A stretch of DNA of 64,000 nucleotides from Klebsormidium nitens (lineage: Eukaryota > Plantae > Klebsormidiophyceae): assembly GCA_000708835.1 (NCBI GenBank), contig DF237085.1, positions 1 to 64,000 on the forward strand, given 5' to 3'. Below the pieces are notes generated by a model. The model had not been told where the DNA came from, did not search any database, and worked only from the letters and a program-made list of their open reading frames with translations. Positions 46,801 through 61,002 of this stretch are shown in pieces. The translations under genes and the position numbers were made by a program. Position 1 is the stretch's first letter, and every line of letters starts with the position of its first letter.

Positions 46801-49800
46801 TCCCCATTGACGGCGTTGTTGAGAACGGGTCCTCCGCCGTGGACGAATCCAGCCTGACCGGTGAATCGATTCCGATCACGAAGCACGCCGGAAGCGATGT
46901 CTGGGCCGGGACGCTGAACCTCGGGGGATTCCTCCGGGTGAAGACGACTGCCCTTGCGGCAGACTCGGCGGTCGCCCGGTTGGTCCGCCTGGTTGAAGAC
47001 TCCCAGAGCGCGCGTTCCGCGAGCGAGCGGATGGTCCAGAAGTTCGCGCGCTTCTACACGCCGGCGGTCGTTCTGGCCGCGGTGCTCATCGCCGTGATCC
47101 CGTTCGCGGTCGGCGTTAGCGATCCGAAGCACTGGCTGTACCTCGCTCTAGTTCTCCTCGTCGTGGCGTGCCCGTGCGCGCTGGTCATCTCGACGCCGAT
47201 GGTGTCGGTGTGCGGGATCGCGGAGGCGGCGCGCAACGGCGTGCTGATCAAGGGCGGCGCGCATCTGGAGACGCTCGGGCGGATGAAAGTTCTGGCCATG
47301 GATAAGACGGGAACGCTGACCGAGGGCCATTTTCGAGTGGCGCAAGTGCTGCCGCTGGACGGGCAGACCGACGAAAAGGAGGTATTGTTCTGGTGAGGGA
47401 GTTCCCAAGTTCGGCTTTAAAGTGGGAAAATGTTAGCAGGTACTTTCGACTTTGCCTTTTGTGAGTGTCAACTTTTGAGGTCTTTGCGGCCGTCTAATGT
47501 GGCTGTCCTGTTGCCTTCAGAAGAACGACCCAACGAGGGGCCGAAGATACGACCGCATGCTGGTTTCTGCAGGTCCTTCATCTAGGAATGATATTCAGCA
47601 CATTTCGAATGTCCAATGCTCCTCACATCAAAATGCCCCTGCTTATTATTTTGTCAGTTTATTTTGCGTTTATCCTACTGCACGATCAGGCCGCTAGTTG
47701 TCTGCTTCTTTCGAACGCTTGAGGGTTGCAATCATCCAAGGGGACTCAACAGATGCATTGGGTATCTCGAGGGCTTTGCTCTCGGACAACCACCACGTTC
47801 AAAACAACAGTGTTTGAAACCGACGGTCGATTTAATGCAGTTCGTCACCTAGTATCCTTCAACTTTGGATTCTGGAAGGTCTCCTGACTCAAGACTTCTC
47901 TTCATTCCAGGTTGGCATCAATCGAGGCCCTGTCGAGCCACCCCCTGGCTGCTGCCGTGGTGTCATACGCGCGACTGCAAGGAGTAGAGGCCAGTACTGA
48001 CACCGCCGGCTTCGAGATTCTTCCGGGGGAGGGCGTGACGGCGCTTGTGCAGGGGCGCCGTGTGCACGTGGGCAATGTTCGGACGGCCGAGCGGCTCGGG
48101 TGGACTGGCGGTAAGCTCGTTTTTTAAAGGAGAGGTTTCGTGGAATTGGATTCTTAGGCGACCAGTGAGCCAAGGATCCGCTTTGGCGGTCGCTAGAAAA
48201 AGGCAAAAACGCAGAGAGATTTTTAGTCACACTGCAATTGCTGCCTGTCAGAACCCGTGGAAGGAGAACGTGGACTACAGTTTCCATTTCGGACCCCCAC
48301 ACCGCGTAGTACCCTGCGCGCGAGCGCAGCTCAGGTCGCCACGTGTAACTTCAAGCCTAACCGTACCGTTTAATGTAACCTTGTACTCCTGATGTGGGTC
48401 GACCGGCCGGTCGAATGTACACCAAGGGCTCGCGTAGTCAGCATGCGTACACCGCATTCGGTGTCGCCGGTTGCCAAAAGCTTTGACCGGTGTTCTTACA
48501 GAGAATGTAACTAGTTGCGCGCGTACAGAGTACCGTACCAAGCGGTGTGGGGGTCCGAAATGGAAACTGTAGTCCACGTTCTCCTTCCACGGGTTCTGTC
48601 ACGAGACCCACGTGGGGCAAAGCCCTCTTTGAGCTGAGGGAGTATTTCTCATAGAAGAGAACCCACAATTTTGCCTCATGGGCTGAAAGTCGAGTTCAAA
48701 GGTCGAGGACCGTTCTGCCGGACAAAATGATACGCAAAAGACGGAAGACGAAAGGAGAAAGGAGAGCTGCTTTTACTTTCATGAGCCAAGGGTTTGAGAA
48801 CAAAATCTGGGGCAAAAAACTGCGTTCCTAAGCTGCCTCATTCTTTTATTTGTAAGAAAGGTCTCGTACTTGCTTGTCTCATTGTTTCTGAGCGCGGAAA
48901 AGGTCCCGCTCCTTACTACTGCTCTTTTATTGTGGCAGCTGTGGACCCGTCCATTTTGGAGCTTTGGATGTCTGAGGGGGGTACCGTTGGCTGGCTGGGA
49001 GTGGACGAGCAGCCCCTCGCCGTGTTCAGCGTCGCGGACCAGCCGCGCCCGGAGGCCACCCAGGCAGTGCGCGATTTCAAGGTGCGCAACGCTCCCCCTT
49101 TTCTACTTCCCTCTCGGCAGAGTCGTTCGGCGGAAAGGTTGCTTTGGAACTGCCGACCCCGAACTACTTATTTTGGAAGTCCCGCAGGGGAGAATGAGAA
49201 CCAGTGGTTGTGGCGAAGTTGGAAGAAGTGGGTGTGGGGTGCTACTCGGGCGTATCACGTGTAGCATGTGCACTCAATCTGGAGGTGGTGCAACGACTGC
49301 CTGTATAATGCACCCCCTTAGGTGCACTCCCAACGGATCCGGACCAATGCACTCTTCCACACGTCCACCGCCTTTCTTACTTCTCCACTTGACAGGTCTA
49401 CTTCCTTACTATTTTAATTGACGAGTCTATTCTCTTCCTTCTTCATTTGACAAGCTCACCTAGCCGGTTGTTGAGCACCGTGAGGCCTTACTGATAAGCT
49501 TTCACGGAAACTTAAGCAGGCAACTGTGACTCCGCACACTCCTAGTGTTTCTTGCTCTTGTACTCGCAAGCGATTGCTGACAATCTCACGTCTCTGTCTG
49601 TGCAGAAAGCGGGCCTGCAGGTTGCGATGCTAACGGGCGACAACGTGGGGGCGGCCATGGCGATCAAGAGCCAGGTGAGGGATCCCTTTGAGGCGATGTT
49701 TCGGGAGTCTTTGCGAACGTCCCGAAGCGCTTTATACTCGTCTTTTCGTACGGTCGCAGCAGAGACTAGTGACCCATTCCGTTCACCTGCATAAGGCTGC

Positions 49801-51274
49801 GGTTTTCGGCGTATCGTAAGCAAGTCATCGGAACCGTAAGCTGGCTTTTTGACGACGTGTTCTCGACCTCGCCCATTCATGCCAGTTTCAGCGGCCACTG
49901 ACTAGCACATGACGGGATTCCCGAAAGTCCACGAAGAAGGCATTGATCATCTTTTCGGTGACTGAAGTCCTGAGTGAGAGTCTTTGCCCTCTTCAGATCG
50001 ACTCCGGCATGGCCGTCCATGCGGGGCTCCTCCCTGCGGACAAGGTGACGGTTCTTCGGACGCTTAAGCGGTCCGGCGTCACAGGCATGGTTGGGGACGG
50101 CATCAACGACGCGCCGGCACTTGCGGCCGCTGACGTCGGCATTGCGATGGGCGTGGCAGGTCAGTCTGAAAGACCTGTCCTTAACTTAAACCTGGAAAGT
50201 CAACAAGTTCCGCGCAGGTGCCTTGGCGAACGGGGTTGATCAGTGGGACTGGTTGGCGCTGAGGGACAAGCAGAGGGGTCGTTCAGCAGGAGTGGGTCTT
50301 GGGTGGTTTGAGCTTAAGGGCTGCTTCTACATCAGCGCTTACAGCAATCTATCCATTTTGTCCGAAGCGATTGCTACTGCCAGTGATGTTTGAAACATGC
50401 ATTCGCTATATGTTTTCTTTGCTGATGAGGTCCGCTCCCCGCCCCCCAGGTTCTGCTGTCGCGATGGAGACTGCGGACATGGCCCTCATGACTAACGACC
50501 TGCGCCAGCTAGCGCGCGCCGTGGTCCTCGCGCGCAGCTGCCGCGCCAAGATCATCCAGAACGTGGTCCTCTCCGTGGGCTCCAAAGCCGTCGTCCTAGT
50601 TCTCGCGTTCGTCGGGTACGCCGCCCTGTGGCTGGCCGTTGTCGCTGACGTGGGCACGTGCCTGGTCGTCATTCTGAACAGTCTGCGGGTGCTGACGCGT
50701 GCGAAGCCGGCGCCTCGAGGGGGTGTGCACTGCGTGGCGGAGAGCTGCGGCATCCAGGGGGTGGGCTGTGGGGAGAACGCGCAGGGGGGTGAGGGATGCT
50801 GCAGCGAAGGGGAGGGGGGGGGCGGAGTCGGAGGCGAAGGCGTGCTGTGGCGAGGGAGAGGGGGGCTGCGGGGAGGGCGCTGGGGAGGGGGTTCAGAGGA
50901 AGGAGAAACACGGTCATAAGCACGGACATAGTCACGGAGAGAAGCATAAGCACGGACATAAGCACGGCCATAACCACACACATAAGCACGAAGATAAGTC
51001 GGATTGCAAACACGAACATGAGTCTAAGCAGGGAGACCACAAGCACGCCGGCGGAGCAGCGCACAGCCATTCTCACAGTCATTCGCACGGGCACTCGCAC
51101 GCGCACTCGCACGGTTTGAGCCGGTTCTTCAAGCCGGCTTGCGTGTCTGGCCATAAGCACGCGGACGAAGAAGCGGCGTCCGGTGCCTGCTGCGGACACG
51201 CAAAAGCAGGGGCGACAGTTGGGAACGGACAGACTGCCGATAACAAATGCTCCTCGAGCAGTGAGGGGCGGTAA
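43812..51274 (+). CDS. HMA2: P1B-2 heavy-metal (Zn/Cd/Pb) ATPase, HMA2/3/4-like, with extra His/Cys-rich N-terminal exons and a His-rich tail; 5' end unresolved
   Basis: GICCPSE metal-binding domain, DESSLTGES actuator, [38 protein letters not shown](x7)K and DVG. The tail HKHGHSHG... lies after a frameshift at the G9 run 50814-50822. The symbol names the clade, not an exact ortholog. Confidence 0.93.
48249..48598. mobile_element. MITE-like element (350 bp) with ~55-bp TIRs in an HMA intron
   Basis: cagaacccgtggaaggagaacgtggactacagtttccatttcggacccccacaccgc and its exact reverse complement ending at 48598. No clear TSD. Confidence 0.8.
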
Positions 51275-52618
51275 CGAACACGAGAAGAAGTGGAGAGCTA
51301 CAAACCCGGAGAGAAGTGGCAACGGAGTCAAATGGAACTACTGTTTAGGGTCTGATTCCTTTCAGCGTGCAGATTGGATGTGCTAATGTCTGCTGAGTAG
51401 ACGGAGAAACTTGATTGATTCATCTATTTGCGGTTACAGAGAGATTACAAATTTGAGATATTGATTGACCATTCCAGGTAGGGGTATTTTATGCAGGGAT
51501 GTTAGTTGCTTGCGCTCAACAGCCTAAGCTAACTAGTGCAGGACTGAGAGTTTTCTGGTTTTCGAGCTTGAAGGGTTGCCAGTTGGATATAGGATACCCT
51601 CTCAAGTCGCGGTCTGCATGATGCGGACCCCAAGTGTTTTCAACTCTGCTCCTATGAGTCGCAGTTGCAGTGCAGTTATGCATAATTGACTGTGCGGAGG
51701 AATCTGGTGCATATTGTGCCAAATGCAATCTGCTGGCGCAACAAAATACGTATTGTGATGCGGCTGCAGCAGGCTACATGCGCAACATAGCAAGCCAGTT
51801 TACATTCCGCGGCGGGATGGTGCATGAGCATAGACTTAAGAAGCGTCGCATTCTATAATATAAGTCTTACCTGCGACCGTTCGTCGATCCCGGATTGATC
51901 GAAGTCTGAGTCGTTGCACGTATACTATGATATGTCTGGCCGCGGGCGGCGCACTGCATGAGGTTGAATTTTTGATCGAGACTTTATTTCAAACTAGTGG
52001 GTTGGATGCGTATGTAGGCCGCGCGCACTTAATCCATTCTCTCTCTAGTACGGTACCGTCGTGATTCGACATGAGGCACGTACGCGGTTCCATCAGTGCA
52101 ATGATGCGAAACGATAGGCTTCTTGATGAATGCCGCCTTGCTCCTATCGAATGGAACATAGCAGGTTGTTACATGGCAATGACCCACATGCTCACTGATG
52201 GGCAGCTGAGACAAATTGCGCCATGCATCCAACGCAGCATTGCAACCGATAAGTTTGAATTACTGGACCATTGTATGTTTTCAAACGTGAGCGAAGTGCT
52301 CAGCAGCTCAAGAGCACTGAAGTCCACCGAAGTCAGTCAACAACGCGTGTACTACAAGTAGACTAAAGTCTGTCAAGGTATAGATTTCCTAACATCGATT
52401 TGAAGGCATGTACACGATCAGGCTTAGTATTGAAGTTTCACTAGGACGAACTCGGCGCTAAGATACTTCCTCAACGCACTTTTCCTTACGTCGGAGCCCC
52501 GATCCACGCCTATGTCGCAACTCAATCTGAAACAGTTTCGACGAGTGGTTTTTTGACCAAATCCTACTTCATGCGTGACCCCAAGGTTTGCATGTTCAGA
52601 GTCCAATTCCTTTGATGA

Positions 52619-55600
52619 CTAACTCAACTTCACAGCCGGAATGGCTGCTACCATCCCCCTCAAGTCCGTCAAGATCCTGCCGGCAGCATCATAACCGGAA
52701 ACGAGCGCTTTCCCGACCGCCAAACCGTCTCTATGGTTCCCGGCTACATACAGCCCCGGTAAATCCGTCTCGAGCTTGCGGATCGCTTCGAGGACCTCGC
52801 CGTAGCCCTTGCCGTACTGAGGAAACGCTCTCTCCCAGTAGATGTGCCTGGGAACGTTTGAGCGACGTCAGCGCGCCGTCAGAGAAACACAATTGGTACA
52901 AGCACTCTGACTTGAGGTTGTTTCGCTCACGATTCAGATTTGCAAGCGTCGCAAGTTCAGTAGTTGCAGGTGCTCAGTGGTCTCAAGGCATTGTCAGGTC
53001 ACTCGTTGGAACGTCTATATTATAAGTCGAGCCGTCCCAGTCTGCCGCAACTTTGGATTCTGGCAAACCTACAAAGCCGGGACATCCATTCACGAAGCTA
53101 GGGAACGATTTATACGGCGTGACTTGAATCAAGGGAATCACAAGGGTCTAGCGAGACTTGACAATGCTCACTGCGAGAATGCCGGTTTTCCTTCGACACC
53201 GAGCAGTCTTTGCAGGTCCCGTGCGGCGACCTCTTTCAGTTCGTCTCTGCGTCCGAGACGAAGTCAGTCGTTAACGTGAGCCGTTGACGGCAGAGCGCCT
53301 CGCAAAAAGCAATCAAGGACATGAAAGCGGAACCTAAGTGCGGAATCAGATGGCGGAAGTGAGACCGGAAAACCGAACCCGGAAAAGGAGCCGTGAAACA
53401 GATTACGCCGCTTGCTAGAAGAGCGCGGGAATGAAGTCGTGCCAAAGCATCCAAAGAGCACGTTCGTTGGTGCAGCAAGACATCTTCTGCAGGATTTCCA
53501 AAGCCCCCAAAGCGCCCACAAAAGAGTGTGCACTATCATCACGAAACGAACACCGCCCAGATACTTCCCGGCAGATACGATCGCTCCGAGTAGAGCGCTC
53601 GTCCTTCCATCAATCCAAGGTTGTCGCAGGGTGTTTGGAACTGGGGTGCTGTCTCCTGTCTCCTGTCTCCTCGGCTTTGGTTCTGAAAAAGCCGGAGTTC
53701 TAGCATGCCAGCGACGTACGGAATGTGTTGTCTCTAAATTTCTAGTATCGGGGACTTTGTGCGGTCAGGGGAAACGAGGGCTTACATTGGTCGGCCGGGC
53801 AGTTCGGGGTGCCGGCTGCCTCCAATGAACGTGGTGAAGGTCACGAACCCGGACGGTGCTCGATTGGGGAACATGTACGAGTTGAACAGAGTACCTGAGG
53901 GAAGAAAGATAGTCCTTGAAGACTCCCAAGCAACATCGCCACGAATGTTTCCGTCATCTTTTTCGGCTTGTCGGCTAGGGTGTCAGTAGTCTGAGCAAAA
54001 CGTTCGTCTGCAAATCTGTTCAACTGGCATGCAATCACACGCGAGGTTTCAAGAAGCGCAAACCGCGAAGGTGGTAGCGCAGACTGTAGGTACCGTAAAA
54101 TGGTTGGACGCTTTCGAGGCCATTTTGTGAGCCTCCTACGAAATTCGATTGCGCTACGCCTTTTCTTGAGATCGTGACGATGTGCTCCAGTACACCCTCG
54201 AGATTCCTGCCCTTCCCTTGAGTCCTTTGACCGCTACAGAGTTGCTAGTTGTCCTCTGATGGAGCCGGAACAAGAATCTCAACTACACCTGTCGACCGTT
54301 CGGTTTCTTCAAGCTGAACAAGGTTTGCACAGTGCTGTTGCGGACATTTACATTGCTTTTACATCTTCGTTGCGGAGCCCAAGTGACCGGCTCACCTAGG
54401 GTTTTGAACTCGGTTTCTTTGCTCGGGACTAGAACGCCGAATCCTTCCAGCGGTTGTTTGACGTCCTCCGCCCTGAAGCCCTGTATCAACGCCGTCATCG
54501 GCTGGTATGTAATCTGCAGAGTGGAAAGGCCCATAAGAAACAAGCATTTGGGGTACCGAGATGAGCGCTCAACGGGCTGGCATGTAACCTGCGGGAATGA
54601 ACTGCACTGAGCAGTGTGACTACTTTGGTTAAATTGGAAAGAGGAGACCGTCACTAGCTGAAAAGTGATCTGCGGATGTAAGAAGGAGATTTGATGCTGA
54701 CCAAAAATGCGGAAGAGGCATGGCACAGGAATTGAGTGTCTGTTGTAGAAAGGTCGCACCGAGTAAGCGAAGAATTGGGCAACCATGGCTTTCTCACCTT
54801 TGGTATGAAGCCCAAAGAGAACGGCCGGTTGCCCTTCGAGATTTTCATGCGATTCTTAACGTCCTCCAGGGGTGCCTGCATACGGGAACAGATTTTCCGT
54901 GAGTTCCAGGGCGCGAGGGAGGCGCGTCCAAAACCTGCAAGTCGAAAATACTTTCAAGAATAATCGATGCATTCTGTCGATGCCGAATTCTCGTGCAGGA
55001 ACCCATTCCAGAAAACGGGTGGCGATATGTTCCATCCGAAGGTCTGGCCCCAAAATCAAAAAGGCCCAAAACTCTTAACTTTCGGCACCCCACTCACCGT
55101 AACTAGGACGGCGTCAAAGTGCCGGCTCTCGCTCTTCCCGGGCCGTGCCGCATACTCGACGGTCCAGTCCCCGCGCCGCGTCGGCCCGGCCGCCGTCAGG
55201 TCGAGCCGCGTCACGGGCGTCTGTGTTTTCAGGCGGTGCCGGCCCACGTGATCTGCCAACGCGTTTGGCAGCGTCTGCAAGAGACAGACACAAGAGGAAG
55301 CTAAACAGATGGAAGCTATTTGCGTGTCTCAGGAAGAAGGGAGACTTGAACGCCGCTGCGGAAAATGTGGTTCCAACGTGAAATCTTTCTCTTCAGTCTC
55401 TCGACTGTTTCCAAGAGCAAGCGGAGCGCTGGCAGGGGAAGTCAGAGTTGTGGGACCAGTGCACTCTTTGAATATGTTCCTTGACTGTGTCGAAGGGTAC
55501 AACCAAATCAGTGAAAGCTTACTGGACAGAACAGAAGGCTTTCGCCAACGTGCTTGTGGCTTCGACGAAGCTCAGCCACTTTAGAATGTCAGCAAACGAT

Positions 55601-58600
55601 GCGCAAGTTCAGAGGGCGGTTCTGAGCCCAGCTGACACGCCTCTTGCATCTCGGGACAGCAAGCAGGTCTTGAAAGCAAAATGGGGAAGGATAAAGTTGG
55701 GGCATAGCATCCCCTACTACAAATTTTTCACGGCCAAAACAGGCAGTTTATTGATTCAGCACGTGAGGCCGCCCCCCACTGACATTCGAAGTCGGCAGAA
55801 ACACAAGGATCCACGAAGACAACAGAGAGTCCGAAGCGGAGGAACACACCCGCTTTCTCGAAGCGGAGAAGACCACGCGCTCTCTCGAGAAGGCATCTTC
55901 TCGCACAACCAGCCAGGAGTCAAACAAAATTTGAGGGCGACAAAAGAAGAGGGCCTACCTGCATACCATCCAGAAAGGAGAACGACCCTCGGTGCCGCTT
56001 GCCCTTCTTGCCTTTGTCTGCCACGTGGCCGTCAGATTGGGAGCCCGCTGGCGCAACTTTAGACGAGCCATGTGCCTTGCTTTGCGGCTTCTTCTTGGAG
56101 AGCTGGGCGGCGATGGCGCCAATGAGAAGGGAGCCCTTGCTGCAAGGGGCGATGTGGGTGAGTAACGACCGCTTCTAAACGAGGCAACTCTGTAGGAACA
56201 TATTCACGTTGACAAGGGATCTTGGCAAGGAAAAATTACAGGGCCTCGGGTTCCTGCTAAGTAAATGAAGGGTCTTCTTGTCGTATAGAAGATGCCGTCC
56301 TTCGTAAGATGGCCTTTTACCGTATCGCTGTGAACGAAAGGCTGAAGCACTCCAAGCGTACATGGACGAAGGGCTGGACCCCTCCGAAATCTGGTGAAGA
56401 CCTCTCACGCAAGTATCACAAAGAGGAGAAAGGGCTTTACACGAGGCTAGCTTCTCACCTTTCCTCCCAGTCATACAGGTTTGGGTACGCATACTTGACC
56501 TGTACGGCAGCGAGGATTGGCTTCAGTCAAGCACAACGCAGCAATAATCACTCAGATGAATGAAGCGGCGGACCGAAGCACAAATTCTTCGCTCCGCAAA
56601 TAGCATCCGCTTCTCCAGAACGGGAATACTAAGACACGCTCCTTGACGTTCAGCTCTCTAGCGTGTCGCGCACAAATTCTCGAGCGTTCAGCTGTCGAAG
56701 AATCTGCATTACACCTGCTCAATGGCACATTTTGTCCTAAACCAAAGTCTTCTTTGCGATTCCCTCCTCCACTTTAGATCGAAACAACGCAGACTCACCG
56801 CCGTCGATTGGGGGTCCGACCCCGACGTGCCCGCCAGAAAAGGATCCAGCAGATACTCCACCGGCTGCAACGTCATCAAAGCACGATGGCTTAACAAAAG
56901 ATGACGTCACAGCACGATTCAGACCACAACGCTCTTGTGAAGCTCCTCTATGCTGGCGATGCATTCAGGGCACCGCAAAAGTCAATCAGAAGCGAATCGT
57001 TTTCAGAAGAGCGTCGCTACTACAGGAAGGCCCGCACTCCGAGGAGATCGGCGGCTCCTCCACTCTTCATACTCTTTAGGTATGGGTACGAAACCTTGTT
57101 ACGAATATCCTAGTAGTAATCCACTGCGCGCTTACCCAGTCTACATCCCCCAAGTAAGGCCACCCGCCCTAGGCCGGCAACCTTACTATACCTAACACTT
57201 ACAGTTCGTAGATTGAAACTTTCGATGGCTCACCTCCCGCCCCACGTGCCGTTCCAAGAAGTCCCCTATGCTGCAAAATGGAACCTTTGGACACGTCAGG
57301 AAAGCTTTAGTTCGTAAAGGGCGCCGCTTCTTGATGGTTCGCGCGCTTCTTCAAGCAACTCGGCACGTTGAGTTCGTGTGCGCAGCAAACGATTGTTCGG
57401 CTTGGCTTGAAGGGCTGCCGCTTCAAGTGTGAACGATGCAGCACGTTCCGCAGGTGTCCGACGAAAGTACGCCGGATTTGAGAAGCTCGGAATGCTTGGG
57501 TTGAATTGTCGATGTGTTGCAGGTGCAAGATTGCTGCTGATTCCGGACGGAGGGTCGCAGCAATTTCGGGGCTTCAAACGGGCAAGAACAGGTGAATCCG
57601 GAGTCTCACACGTCATGATCGACTTCAAAACCGTTGCAGACGGCCGGTCTTGCGGGTGTTTTCACAATACCCTTTGCTCAAAAGACATGAAAAAGATTTT
57701 CAAATCATCTTTTATCAGAAAGTTCTATACAATTGAAAGCAAAACCCACAAGCAGACTGCGGAAAAGCCCCCACCTCTCGTCTTCTTCTTGCGCTTCCCC
57801 GTGGGCCTCCTCCCCCTTCTGCTGCTTCGCGTGCTTCTTTCTTTTCCAAATCAAGGGCTCCGCCAGCGCTCTCAGCTGCAACATGACGTCAGTCATTCGT
57901 CATTTAGGTCAGCGGATGTATCTACCGGCGACCTGATTTGGGAGGCCGGTGGATAACATGCGCAATCTCAGGGAGGCTACTCACATGTGAATAATCTAAA
58001 TCGACTGGAGACATTCATTGAAACCCGCTGAATCCTACATCGTTTCTACCCATTCCACCCGTTCCACCTGATCAACTTAAATCTACAGGTGCTCTTTTCC
58101 CACAAAAAATTGAAACTCTTCAACGGAAGCTCCCACCGCAACACATCTGAAAGCGTGCATCCATGTTACAAGGATGCACGAGCCCAGCTTCAGAAACCGC
58201 ACCTCGCTGGTTTGATGGAATCGGGAGACGAGCAAAGTAAACGGAGGACGTCTATCAGCCCACGGAAAAAGCAACCAAACAGTGCGTTCTGCGCTCCACT
58301 CTTTTTTCGTTGTGGTCTGTATCGAAAAACCAAACGGTGGAAGTGAACTAGAACTGATACGACGTGCTTCGAAGCGAGCTTTCTTCTTTGTGCAAGAATA
58401 GTCCTGGGGCGCACAAATGGAACGGCGGCCTGCTTACCTTTGCGCCGGGAGACAGCAGGTTGTTGGTCAGTAGTGCGAGGGGGTTAGCGGGAGCCTGCAA
58501 GGGGCGTTCAGACGGGCTTCAATCAGCGAGAGAAGGGAGAGTCGAAGAGGCGGCCTATCTGTCCGATTGCAGAGATGTACTCAAGTGTTCAACTACCCTG

Positions 58601-61002
58601 ATTCCGGAAAAGTGCAAACGAGACACGGGAAGGGCCGCGACTTATTCCCAGAACGTGAAAGACGGAGCACCATTCGTGTCGAGAACGTCAAAAGCCAGGG
58701 ATGCGCTTGTCCGCCGATCAAAGGGCCGACCTCAGAGTCCATGCGGATTACTGATTCAGATTCTCGGTCATACTAATCCGACATGATCAAAGAAGTTGGA
58801 GCTCCTATTTCAAAACCTCCGACCGAACGCCATCCTCAAAACTTCGAGGAGGAAAAGAAGAAAGGAGACGAAACAGAAGGCGTGGACCACACCTGCACAG
58901 CCTTCCCGTTCTTCACGATGTAGCGCTTGTTTGCGTTGGCGGGCTGGCCACAGAAAACAGACCCGAGTGAGCGAGCTTCGAAAGAGGGAGAGTCGCTTGA
59001 AACGGCGTGCTCGCGCGTGCTTTGCGGCAACGCCAACACTTGCAAGTGTGCATGTCAGTCGCTACGAGAGTTATATGCCGGATCAGGTAGGGCTCTGGAG
59101 TACCATGTCTAACGAGAACATAGTGGGCCCATATGGAGTCACCGGGACCTGCGCCCCACCGGCCCCCCCTCCTAAGGTATTGGTTGGGTTCTTAGACTGT
59201 TTCGTACGCGGATATCTCAATTCGAAGCATTATCAACCAAAGGACTCCGGCTTCCTTACTCTGAGTAACAAGGCCTTTCGGGAACCTGCGTGACCCGATC
59301 GAGAGAGCTTTCCCAAAGCAACGAGGAAGCGGCGTATTTCCACAGTCCTGCTGGACAACGAAAAGCTTCGCAGAGCGGTCAAGCTCCCCTTGCTACTCTG
59401 AAACTTTCCCTGTTTCGTCCGCTCCAAAACTTGGCCAGATGTAGCGGATTCCTTTACAGGCATGCATCGCCACTGCCCTCAACGAGCTTCGTTTGGCACG
59501 AAGCTCAAAAACTAAAAGGAAGTGCCGATGTTCAGAGACCAGGGCTCACCCAAATCCGCTTGTCCTCAATGTTCAGGTCCCGAATCAGCTGACCGATAAG
59601 AGGGTCGTTTTCAGCCTGCAGAAAGGCATGCACCTCGTCAGGATGTATGCTATGTCGTCAGCAGGATCTCAGCTCACTCCCTCTTATTTGAGACACGGTG
59701 CTTTCGCTTGACCTTGAAGAGCAGTCGCCCTAAAAGTAGCTCGTTGCCTCTTCTTTCAAAAAGTGATATTGTTTCTATGAACGGATTCTACTTCCAAATC
59801 TTCTTTGGAAGTCCCAAGAGCCCGACATGAAGAGCTGGTAGTTACTATCTCCATTTCAGCAAGCATGAACACTCAAATCGGTGTTCAGAATTTGGATTTT
59901 TTGGGGCACCCAATATTGTTAGTATGACAAGAAAGGCCTTATGCCCTTTGTTACCTTCAAAACGAAGTACAGTCTTTTGCCCCGAAAGACTGACACCCAA
60001 AGCCGTGGGGCGAAAATGAAGCCTTGCTTTCTCTGCCAAATGGAGAAGTAGAAACAATACTTTGAGCGAACGAGGAGGACAGCTCGCCTCACCATAGTGT
60101 TTGCCGCCCGCTCCCAAACAAAGCCATCCTTTGAGAAGCTCTGGATTGCCCCCCCTGCATGATCCCCTGCCTCAAAGATGGTGACGTCAGCGCCCTCCTT
60201 GTTGAGCCTGTAAGCAGCCGCCAAGCCGCTGCAATGAAAGCGAGAGGTCCGGATGGATTTTATAGTCCAATTGTAATATGCAATGAATACAATCCACTTC
60301 TGGACATGCAAGCAGTCTGTTGCGCGCACAAGACGCCGAACGTCAAAGACCTCTATTCTGAAAGTTGTTGAGCCCAGATTGTTTCTTTCACAAACTGTGG
60401 GAACGTGAGCTGTGGACCAGAGGCTGTCGTACAAGTGAGATTGAGCACTCTGTTGGTAGATTCTTTGGCATGATCCAAGGGAATGTGCATTGAGCGACGC
60501 GAATGTAAGTGTCAAAAACGAACAGTGGCAAGCCGAGACTTCTCCAAGCAAGCGCAGTCAAAGCCATAGCAATGTCTGTGATCTGGCTAGAAAGCAGGCT
60601 ATCATTCATTGCACCTATTACGATAGAAGAGAGGAAAGGTGGTACAGGTGAATTGCAGCAGCATCGTGAAAAGCATTTTTAACACCTCAATCTGGTTGGC
60701 CCAGGCACACATTCCACGGGGCAGTCACGCGCAATGCTGGCCGATGGCCGAGACATGTGACTTTCACCCACACTGCACTTGCGTTTGGGGGGGTGGCGCA
60801 AAAAGCTCCACACAAGACAGCTCGTTTTCCCCATATCTTCGACTTGTGCCCGTCGCTCAATTGCGCAGAGATCTTTTTAAGTCCCGCACTTGAATGAGAA
60901 CACCACATGCTTGGCAAATGAAGGGGTGGTGCGGTCTGCATACCTGACTCCTGCTCCAATTACGGCGACCGAGCCAACAGGATCATAGTGCGGCTTTGTC
61001 AT
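52619..61002 (-). CDS. PPO2: Protoporphyrinogen IX oxidase, PPO2-like, multi-exon
   Basis: SVAVIGAGV|SGLAAAY (FAD GxGxxG), [75 protein letters not shown]...[17 protein letters not shown]; TAG at 52619-52621. Confidence 0.93.
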
